Source of the DNA: a virus
DNA: 64,000 nucleotides
IMG/VR virus record: IMGVR_UViG_3300032236_001802
Coordinates: 11,753-75,752 of that record
Reading direction: 5' to 3' (one strand)
A model generated the notes under the pieces. It did no database searches and had not been told where the DNA came from. It was given only the letters and a program-made list of their open reading frames with translations. The stretch's first letter is position 1. Each line of letters begins with the position of its first letter. Both the position numbers and the translations under genes were made by a program. Shown piece after piece: positions 56,746-64,000 of the stretch.

Positions 56746-57218
56746 TAAGCGGGTTCAAGAATGTAGAGTGCAGTGGTCGCGTTACTGTTTTGATCGGCTT
56801 CAACCTGAATCAGGTATTCCGTTGTTAGGAACGGGATACTGATTAGATAGGTACCTTCTTTGTTGAAGGTTTGGGTCACAATGGCAACAAAGTCCTTTGA
56901 CTCCAATCCCTCAAGCCGTGCCAAAACCCGAATCGTTACGTTGGGTTTTGCCGTTTTGGCGGTTTCAGGCTTCAGGGCAAGCTCTTCAATGAAGAGAGCC
57001 GCCTGTGAAAATGACCGTTCCTGGGTTTTCCCCTCATAGGTTCGCGGTCCAGGCGATCGCTCCAACAATAGGGAAAACTGGCATGCGGTCACCTTATCTG
57101 CAATCACTGCCCCAAGTTCGCCTGTAGTTCCAGCAGTAGGAACGCCCAAGGAACCCTGTAATGCAGCATTGATCGAATTGACCAGGGCTAAAAGTTGCCG
57201 CTCTTGAGAAGTGTTCAT
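56745..57218 (-). CDS. hypothetical structural protein
   Basis: Operon packing. Confidence 0.6.
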   Translation of the reverse strand: MNTSQERQLLALVNSINAALQGSLGVPTAGTTGELGAVIADKVTACQFSLLLERSPGPRTYEGKTQERSFSQAALFIEELALKPETAKTAKPNVTIRVLARLEGLESKDFVAIVTQTFNKEGTYLISIPFLTTEYLIQVEADQNSNATTALYILEPA

Positions 57219-57245
57219 AGATGAAAGAGTTAGTTTTTATTGTGG

Positions 57246-57284
57246 TGATCAACGATCGCCGCCGCAAGTTGGGCGATCGTTGAT
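57246..57284 (-). terminator. hairpin after the capsid and decoration genes
   Basis: gatcaacgatcgcc-N11-ggcgatcgttgatc. Confidence 0.6.
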
Positions 57285-57296
57285 CCAAGGGCTGAA

Positions 57297-57692
57297 CTAC
57301 ACAGGAAGAATCTGGAACCAGACCGTAACCTTACCCGTGGTAATGGCAGAGGTGACGTTGACGATCACTTCGCGATCGCTGGCTCCGGTAAGAACCCGCA
57401 AAGTGCTGCCCAGGGTGCCAGCCGCAGACGCCGCCAGGGATGCCGCCAGATCGGCACTAGAAACGAGCTGAAGGTTGAATGCGCCATTAGTAGCGGCATT
57501 CACCACGATCGCACCCACTTCGGCTAAACAACCTGCCGGGACAATTAGGCCGGTCTTTTTGGACCCAACCGTACCCGCTCCCGGTTTTGTAAAGTCGTAA
57601 TGGAGACAGGCCCAACCCTCTCCCACGGCGGCTCCCGCCGCCTTGTTGCCTACGTCACGCTTCGCAGTATCCCGTAAATCTTCTAAACTCAT
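57297..57692 (-). CDS. probable capsid decoration protein
   Basis: Small Ala/Gly-rich beta protein right after the capsid gene (YDF...T-GKVTVW). Confidence 0.6.
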   Translation of the reverse strand: MSLEDLRDTAKRDVGNKAAGAAVGEGWACLHYDFTKPGAGTVGSKKTGLIVPAGCLAEVGAIVVNAATNGAFNLQLVSSADLAASLAASAAGTLGSTLRVLTGASDREVIVNVTSAITTGKVTVWFQILPV

Positions 57693-57737
57693 GGCTTGAT
57701 CGCTCCGTTGATTGTTACTGATCTATGGTCGGATGGG

Positions 57738-59552
57738 TTACAGGCTTACGTCTGTGTTACGCAAGATCACAACCCGGTCCTGTTGTCCTGGGTTGGTGCT
57801 GGTACAATCCAAGGATCCCCAGCCGCCGATAGAGCGCCAAATAAACCGCATCTTGGTCCCGAATGTTCCGCTGTCATCCATGCGGATTTCCATCGGTAGG
57901 GAAACGCCCTCCCCGACCACGCCTGGGCCGAAGAAATAGTTGTCACGCATGGTTACGGCTCCAGCTCCGGTCGTGATTGAATTCACGCCCTCAGTCCCAG
58001 GGCCACCCACGGCAAGGGTTCCTGACTCGAACATCATGAAATTGCAATAGGTGCCGATGTACCCGGTAGGACGGATAATCCCGTCTCCCAGGGTGCCAGC
58101 GTTGAGGATGTTCGTTACTTCCTGGATTTCAGCCTCAGTACTAGCCCGCAGCTTATCACCCACGGAGTTTTTGAACTGAGCCACCGCCGTCGTGTTCAAC
58201 ACGCCAACCCGTGAACCGTTGTCAAAGGTGGGGATCTGGCGGCGCGTCATCTCGCCGAAAAGCTGGTTATAAGCTTCTTCGTTGGCCGTTCCGTCAGATC
58301 CTACGATCAAGTCTCCTGCCGTGTTGGTAATCCCCGCCCCGTTGCTGTAGTAGATGTTTGCAGGGTTGTTCAACGCCTGGGCAAAAATCTGCCGAACTAC
58401 CAGATCTTCCAGAGCGTTGTAGTTTTGCCCCAACCGCGTGTTCACGGGCTGAATCAGATCCATCAAGCTGGAAGCGTTGATGAATTCGGGAATAGCGATC
58501 GGGCGAGTGCCCACGCGATTGCCGCGACCCAAACCCCAACCGAAGAGTGAAATCGGAGTGGTCAGCGTTTGCAACGCTTGCGAATCGCTACTGATATTGG
58601 CCGAACTGGTCTCGGTGTCTAGGATGTAATCTTCAGGAGAAGTCGGTTCGTCAATCCACTGGAAGCGGGGAACCAAAATGTTGTTACCGGGCACCCGGCC
58701 CAGTTCCAATTTAGTGGTTACAAACTGCCACCACACATAGCGGGGATTGTGGGAATCGCGCATCAAGGCGCTAAGGAAATCTAGGACGATGCTGCCCACA
58801 CTTCCGGGGGTGCCCAAAGTGCTGCCAGCCTGAGCGTCTTGACCGGAAGCACTAGCCCCGCGCAGGAATCCATGGGCCTTCATCAGGATTTCCATGTCCT
58901 TCAGAAGATGAGCTTTGTTGGCCCGAACAAACCGATCTAAATAGGTGGTATCGGCTTGATCGTAGCTAGTCCCATCGGTCGGGTCATAGGCCGTGAGCCG
59001 TGGGGTGTAGCCCGAGTTTTTCAGGATGTCTACGAAATCACGCGCCGCGCCCTGCGGTTCTTGCCCACTGGGCAGGATTAGGCGGTTCACGTTGTAGCCC
59101 AGGCTGCCGCCAACGTTGCGATCGCCCACTGGAATCGTGTGACCAGTGGCAGAGAAGACGGCTTTCAGGCGATCTGCTTCCGCTTTGGCCTTGGCGGCTT
59201 CTTCTTGCAGTTCTTGCTGCTGCCGTTGCGATCGCTGCGCCATAGCATCAACGTCAGCCTGTACAGCTTGAAGCTGCGCGGTTAAGTCCTGGTTCATCTG
59301 AGCTGCCAACTTGGTCGCTTCTGCTGAAATCAGGGTTCGTAGCTCGTCAGGGTGGACATTGATGGTAGCCACTTCAGTAGCCGCAACACTGGCACCCTCA
59401 GGGACTTCACTGTCAAGGGAGTCTGTACCACCATAGACGGCACCATCGGCCCCAGTTGCAGCCGGGTTAAGCTCTGGACGCTTACTTAAGATTAGCGATC
59501 GCTGATCTTGTCCAAATCCCTTTACAGGCTTCTTTTTCATCGTGTTCGTCAT
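57738..59552 (-). CDS. major capsid protein with N-terminal coiled-coil (scaffold-like) region
   Basis: After the protease; coiled-coil N-terminus; ELGRVPGNNILVPRF, GYIGTYCNFMMFES, FFGPGVVG, FGTKMRFIW resemble N4-gp56-type capsids. Confidence 0.8.
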   Translation of the reverse strand: MTNTMKKKPVKGFGQDQRSLILSKRPELNPAATGADGAVYGGTDSLDSEVPEGASVAATEVATINVHPDELRTLISAEATKLAAQMNQDLTAQLQAVQADVDAMAQRSQRQQQELQEEAAKAKAEADRLKAVFSATGHTIPVGDRNVGGSLGYNVNRLILPSGQEPQGAARDFVDILKNSGYTPRLTAYDPTDGTSYDQADTTYLDRFVRANKAHLLKDMEILMKAHGFLRGASASGQDAQAGSTLGTPGSVGSIVLDFLSALMRDSHNPRYVWWQFVTTKLELGRVPGNNILVPRFQWIDEPTSPEDYILDTETSSANISSDSQALQTLTTPISLFGWGLGRGNRVGTRPIAIPEFINASSLMDLIQPVNTRLGQNYNALEDLVVRQIFAQALNNPANIYYSNGAGITNTAGDLIVGSDGTANEEAYNQLFGEMTRRQIPTFDNGSRVGVLNTTAVAQFKNSVGDKLRASTEAEIQEVTNILNAGTLGDGIIRPTGYIGTYCNFMMFESGTLAVGGPGTEGVNSITTGAGAVTMRDNYFFGPGVVGEGVSLPMEIRMDDSGTFGTKMRFIWRSIGGWGSLDCTSTNPGQQDRVVILRNTDVSL

Positions 59553-59564
59553 TGTGAATAACTC

Positions 59565-60446
59565 CTAAATAATTCCGGCGTTTGGCATATTGGGGACGGT
59601 AACAATCGAGGCTTCACCCATGTCGTATAGCCCCATTCGGGTGGCATAGGGTGCAACCCCTTCCTCTTCATCTGGGTAAATTCCCCAGGCTGGAAAGGGT
59701 GGGATGTGCGGGCATTCTGGATCAGAGAAAGAGGTATCGCACAGGGGACACCAATAATCAGAAAACCGAAAAGCCCCCGTGCTGATCTTGCCGCTGTGCC
59801 CTCGGCGCAGTGCCCGAACCACTGGTGAATCAGTAGCGGCAAAAACCTGAAAAACGACCTGGTCGTAACCCTCTTTCCGTAGAATCTTCAGGTTTTCCTC
59901 TCGGTTTCCCGCTTGATTGAGAATCTTGTCTGAAGCTGTTTTGGAGCGTACAACCTCTGCCGCAAAAATCCGGCCCCACTCCTTTGAGGTATCGTCCCAA
60001 TCGTGGTCTAGCAATGCTGGTAAACCGGGCAATAGTTGCGCCATGGATTCCAGCGAATCAACCGACCAACGATCTAACCTGCGGCTTAAAAGGTTGTCGG
60101 CGGCGACAAAAGGGACAACCATTGTGTCTTCTGCGGCAAGCCGGGTGATACCGTTGGGCAGATAGCTGTTAATGATTTTTAGCTGGCTGTCTGTTGGCGG
60201 TGCCATCGCATACCGCGATCGCAAATCAACATCAGGCACCAGAAAATCAGCGGTAGGGGATAGGGCAATCTGCTGATTTTTTAACTCTACAAGGTGCGAT
60301 CGCGGAAGCTGTAAAACGGTTCCGGTCCTCACAGAATCACGGATAATTTCAATTGTGGCGGTATCGCCAACCGTTGACAGAACAACCCCGTGCGCTGATT
60401 TAATACCGTTATTGGTTTTATATTTCCATTGAACAAATTTAGACAT
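59565..60446 (-). CDS. prohead protease
   Basis: LLDHDW...GRIF, KISTG, C--C...C-HIP, EASIVTVP. Confidence 0.75.
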   Translation of the reverse strand: MSKFVQWKYKTNNGIKSAHGVVLSTVGDTATIEIIRDSVRTGTVLQLPRSHLVELKNQQIALSPTADFLVPDVDLRSRYAMAPPTDSQLKIINSYLPNGITRLAAEDTMVVPFVAADNLLSRRLDRWSVDSLESMAQLLPGLPALLDHDWDDTSKEWGRIFAAEVVRSKTASDKILNQAGNREENLKILRKEGYDQVVFQVFAATDSPVVRALRRGHSGKISTGAFRFSDYWCPLCDTSFSDPECPHIPPFPAWGIYPDEEEGVAPYATRMGLYDMGEASIVTVPNMPNAGII

Positions 60447-60468
60447 CTTGGGTCGATAAAATTTACTC

Positions 60469-60537
60469 TTGTCCTAGATTACAAAGGACAAGCGGCATAG
60501 CAGAAGCGGAACCCTAAGCCTGTCCCACAATAGGGAC
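60469..60537. promoter_or_regulatory. two related operator-like palindromes in a divergent promoter region
   Basis: ttgtcct-N9-aggacaa (60469-60491) and gtccc-N6-gggac (60522-60537). Confidence 0.45.
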
Positions 60538-60544
60538 GTTATCA

Positions 60545-60793
60545 ATGTTGAGAACCGCTATTAAAGAAGCCCGAATCAAAAAAGGGCTGACAATTCGTCA
60601 ACTTGCGCTATATAGCAAGGTTCCCCGGTCCTGCTTGTCACGATTTGAGAGCGGCAAAGCAGATCTGCCCACAATCAAACTGATCCGAGTTCTTCAGCAG
60701 TTAGGTTTTGAAATAAAGCTGTCAGGATTTAACCTGCTCAATCCCAAAGAGCTGGCGGCCTATCTTCAGCAAACACAACCCTCAAAAGAGTGA
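60545..60793 (+). CDS. XRE-family HTH regulator
   Basis: IKEARIKKGLTIRQLA...RSCLSRFESGK...LIRVLQQLG. Confidence 0.9.
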   Translation: MLRTAIKEARIKKGLTIRQLALYSKVPRSCLSRFESGKADLPTIKLIRVLQQLGFEIKLSGFNLLNPKELAAYLQQTQPSKE

Positions 60794-60917
60794 AGCCAGG
60801 ATTAACATTTTGTTACTTTTATAAACTTCAATCAAAATATAAGTATTTTATAGGGCTTTTTGGGGCACACCAGATCGCAGGCATATTCTTGAGGAACCCG
60901 AAAGGGCGACAAACTCG

Positions 60918-61451
60918 ATGAGCGTAAAACATGAATACTATTTCTGGATCGGTTCACAGTGCCCAAAGTATCCCTACGTCAGAATCAGACGTTTTCAGTG
61001 GGGGAAAAACTACCCTCCCGCCGTTAGGCAAAGTTTGCTTCAATCTCGTGCGGAAACATGTGCAGCAATCCGAAAAGGATGGAACCTCGATTTGGACACT
61101 CCCCGCTCGGAGTGGACAGCCGATCAGTGGACTGATTACATGGATTGGTGCAAGATTCTGGGCGATCGCCGTATTTTTCGGCAACCGAACATTACTGTAG
61201 AAATCGGTTATGAAAGTAATCCATTCTTTTTTGGTCTTTTCCGCTTGGGGTCAACGGGGCAAGACCTTTCAGAATGCATTAGAAGCCTAGGGGAATTTAT
61301 AAAAACTCTGCTCCAGAAGCTCCCCCCAGAAGGAGTTGAAAAACACGGTGTTATCGTTGCAGACCTCACCAGCATCGAAACAAAAATCTATTGGTTAAGC
61401 GTAATCCTGTATGCGTTCAAGGCTATACGTCTGGGGCGAAAGGTCTTATAA
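60918..61451 (+). CDS. hypothetical protein
   Basis: 177-aa ORF with its own AT-rich upstream region. Confidence 0.6.
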   Translation: MSVKHEYYFWIGSQCPKYPYVRIRRFQWGKNYPPAVRQSLLQSRAETCAAIRKGWNLDLDTPRSEWTADQWTDYMDWCKILGDRRIFRQPNITVEIGYESNPFFFGLFRLGSTGQDLSECIRSLGEFIKTLLQKLPPEGVEKHGVIVADLTSIETKIYWLSVILYAFKAIRLGRKVL

Positions 61452-61514
61452 TCCCCCTGAGCACCATTGATCTCCCTTGCCGCGTCCACGTTGCGCGGTA
61501 TTTTTTTGGCGTCT

Positions 61515-61546
61515 TTCTCACCCGTTTAACGCATCGCGAGTGAGAA
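61515..61546. repeat. TTCTCACCC-N14-GAGTGAGAA palindrome, copy 5
   Basis: ttctcaccc gtttaacgcatcgc gagtgagaa, overlapping the 61526 stop. Confidence 0.7.
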
Positions 61547-62191
61547 CGGATTCCCCACCCATCCAAACCGGGGAAGCGCCATCTCTGCGGCATCCCGGTA
61601 GAACACAAAGGAGCACTTGCACTGGGATCTACAGTCGCACTTTTGCCCGATCCTGGGCAGGGTACCGATCGCCTGTTTGCCCATGGCCGCGTAATCAATG
61701 CAGGGTTGGCAATGCTTTGCATCCCCTAAGATTCTGGCTTCCTGAGTGTAGCCGTTTTGGGCATGCCCCTCTGATCTGGCGTTCTCATAGGTGGCCCTGG
61801 CCGATGCCAGATATTGATTGAGCCGCGCCCTGAACTGGGCCTCACTCATGCCCCCGGCCTTAATGTCCTTAGCAAATTGGTCCAAGTATCCATACTCAGA
61901 TTGCAATCGCTGCCCAATAAGGCCAAAATCCCGCTGTGCCATCATCGCCCGCCCGCCCCGTCCGAGCATGTAAGCCTGCAAGTGCATTTCCTTAAGAGCA
62001 AGCGCTGTGCCCCGCTGCCATTCCGCCAAGGGGAGTTTACCGGACACCAGAAGATCAGCGATTGCTCCTGCATCTTTCTTAGCCAGGGCGATCGCCTGCT
62101 CTGCCAATCCCTTCATCGTTTCTGTCGAGATGAATCGACCATTGCTGGATCTGTAGCGTTGTAGATTGCGATCGAAGGTGTAGGAAGCCAT
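61526..62191 (-). CDS. head morphogenesis / minor capsid protein (gpF-like)
   Basis: RYR--NGRF, YLDQFAKDI, EARILG...HC--C...LP-IG--C-C---CKC. Confidence 0.7.
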   Translation of the reverse strand: MASYTFDRNLQRYRSSNGRFISTETMKGLAEQAIALAKKDAGAIADLLVSGKLPLAEWQRGTALALKEMHLQAYMLGRGGRAMMAQRDFGLIGQRLQSEYGYLDQFAKDIKAGGMSEAQFRARLNQYLASARATYENARSEGHAQNGYTQEARILGDAKHCQPCIDYAAMGKQAIGTLPRIGQKCDCRSQCKCSFVFYRDAAEMALPRFGWVGNPFSLAMR

Positions 62192-63999
62192 TAGGACAGA
62201 ACCTCGACAGCGTTAATCCGTGCGACCCATCGGATGGTTTTTGAAGCTTCACCAACAACCGCGATATTGAGCGCCCCATTTGTTGTATCAGCGCTGATGG
62301 TTACGGTCCACGGCAGTCCTGCATTTTGATTGTCGGCGATTTCGCCAGCTACCAGTGCTGTAGCCGCAGCACTCGCCCCCCGGTAGATCTTGCCGCGCCG
62401 CCAGAATGTTGCCTGCTCGGCAATGTTGGTAGTCGAGTGTGCTGAAACACAAATATCGTAAGCAAAGCTAGAATTATTATTTAGCAAAATACGTACACCA
62501 GAACCATCCAGCAGTAGGTTAGTAGTTGAAGCGTTGGTAGTAATATTTCGAGCGATAAGGGTAGATATTTGAGCGTCACCATTAGTGCTAAATCTTCCAG
62601 CAGAGTACGCCTGCTGCCCATACCGCCAAGCAGATGCCCGCTGCCCTCCTGAAACCGCTGAGAAATCACCGCCACTGCTGTTCTGATAGCCTCCGGCAAC
62701 CGAAGCAAAAATACTGGCATTGTTTCCGTCACCCCCGCCAATAAAAGAGTTAAATCCAAGAGCCGAATTACTGATCCCACCAACGACAACACATAAATTG
62801 CCAGTAGCCCGATTGCTTGCTCCACCACAAATCACGCTGTTTGGGCCAGAGGCTACCTGTATAGCTGAATCGCGCTGGACTTGTAGATCTACTGCTCCCG
62901 TCCCTCTAGTGTTACCTGCGACTGTTCCGGTTCCGACTCCGAGTGTTTGGATCAGCCCTGTGGCGCTGATGCTAAGCCCCGGATTGCTTAGGGAGCCTAA
63001 GATCGTCATCGCATTAGCCGAATCAACCCGAATCTTCTGAGCGCCGTCACCACTGGCCAGGATCAGATTATTGGTTAGTGCAGAATCCAAGCCCGTAACG
63101 TTCGCCCCGATCACGGTATTCCCCGATCCCGTGGTGACACCTCCCATTGTGTTCGCCCCAATCGCGACCCAATCTGAGCCGGTTGAAATATTCGGCGCTG
63201 AATTTCGACCGATTGAGATCCAGTTAGATCCGGTCGTGCTAGGTTTACCGGCGAACCACCCTAGGGCCACCCAATCGTTTCCGCCAGTATTGTCAGATCC
63301 AGCAAAATAGCCTATAGCTGTAAATCGTTGCCCGCTGACGTTGCCTGCCGCCGCTGTAGCCCCAATTGCTACAAATTGACCCGTTGTGTTGGTGTTGGCG
63401 TTAGCGGCATTAGCGCCCATCGCTATCCAATTGGATGCCGAAACATTGGAAGCCCCCGCGTTTGTTCCAAATGCTATCCAGGTCGAACCAGTTTGATTAG
63501 CAGATCCAGCATTTGTCCCGAATGCTAACCATCCATTTCCTGTCGTGTTGGCCACCCCTGCGTTAAGCCCAGCGGCAAACCAATTCCCTCCGGTTGTACT
63601 GGCTAAAGTGCCGTTGTTGTTTCCCAGCGCTATCCAGTTTGATCCCGTAGAACTAGCGGCAGAACCTAATGTTATTGAGTTGGATGCGACAACGCGCTGC
63701 ATGGCTATGCCATTGATCAACGTTCCGGCTATGGTGCTCGGAGTGGTAGCACCTATAGGGGTTCCGTTGATCGTCCCTCCGGAGATCGCGACACTGTTGG
63801 CATTCTGGGTGCTCAGGGTACCCAGCCCCGTGATTGTGGTGTTGGCCTGTGTCCCGGTATGGGTGGAGCGATCCCTCAACTGAGCATCTGTACTATTGGC
63901 AGTGGCCCCGGTTGCAATCCCACTCAGCTTAGTAAAATCAGCACTGCTCATAAATCCAGCTATAGAGCCAGAAGCATTACTGTGCCCGTGATTGGATGC
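62191..63999 (-). CDS. fibre-like virion protein, 5' end beyond the window
   Basis: The frame stays open upstream of the listed ATG to the window edge; RSTHTGTQ motif and about 14-aa W-A-G--AG--NTTG repeats typical of trimeric beta-roll fibres. Confidence 0.75.
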   Translation of the reverse strand, partial: ASNHGHSNASGSIAGFMSSADFTKLSGIATGATANSTDAQLRDRSTHTGTQANTTITGLGTLSTQNANSVAISGGTINGTPIGATTPSTIAGTLINGIAMQRVVASNSITLGSAASSTGSNWIALGNNNGTLASTTGGNWFAAGLNAGVANTTGNGWLAFGTNAGSANQTGSTWIAFGTNAGASNVSASNWIAMGANAANANTNTTGQFVAIGATAAAGNVSGQRFTAIGYFAGSDNTGGNDWVALGWFAGKPSTTGSNWISIGRNSAPNISTGSDWVAIGANTMGGVTTGSGNTVIGANVTGLDSALTNNLILASGDGAQKIRVDSANAMTILGSLSNPGLSISATGLIQTLGVGTGTVAGNTRGTGAVDLQVQRDSAIQVASGPNSVICGGASNRATGNLCVVVGGISNSALGFNSFIGGGDGNNASIFASVAGGYQNSSGGDFSAVSGGQRASAWRYGQQAYSAGRFSTNGDAQISTLIARNITTNASTTNLLLDGSGVRILLNNNSSFAYDICVSAHSTTNIAEQATFWRRGKIYRGASAAATALVAGEIADNQNAGLPWTVTISADTTNGALNIAVVGEASKTIRWVARINAVEVLS

Positions 64000-64000
64000 A

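Larger units (their letters stand above)
1..64000. mobile_element. cyanobacterial siphovirus-like prophage or phage-plasmid (both ends outside the window)
   Basis: Head-tail, replication and DNA-modification modules fill the window with no host housekeeping block; HIP1 sites throughout. Confidence 0.9.

Noticed and set aside
1-64000. tRNA, rRNA, IS element or integrase
   Set aside because: No cloverleaf, transposase or recombinase motifs were recognised by eye; a covariance-model and HMM scan would be needed to exclude them formally.

Overview
The whole window is one long-tailed (siphovirus-like) phage element of a cyanobacterium. The host call rests on the very frequent HIP1 octamer GCGATCGC and a cyanobacterial-type DnaB. 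From left to right it contains: (1) a preQ0 (7-deazaguanine) cluster queE-queD-folE-queC behind a probable small terminase, running into a truncated, possibly DpdA/TGT-like gene at the left edge; (2) an isolated lambda gpL-like tail gene; (3) a separately regulated operon of about 6 kb built around a membrane-anchored FtsK/HerA-like ATPase, small membrane proteins, a membrane-tailed GIY-YIG nuclease and an Acb2/Tad1-like protein; (4) accessory genes (DUF488, 2H phosphoesterase, two-domain glycosyltransferase, broken HNH, ASCH, two DNA methyltransferases); (5) a replication module (initiator with internal iterons, DnaB); (6) a rightward early operon (Gp157, PNK/phosphatase); (7) a long leftward morphogenesis region (J, I, K, M15 endolysin, M, 3254-aa multi-enzyme tape measure, chaperone with a GGGAAAC -1 frameshift, tail tube, head-tail genes, capsid, protease, gpF-like protein, fibre). 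I recognised no integrase, large terminase, portal, tRNA or CRISPR array. Gene order suggests the genome closes into a circle outside the window. Five copies of a TTCTCACCC-N14-GGGTGAGAA palindrome are scattered across the element. All family calls come from motif recognition by eye, not from database searches.
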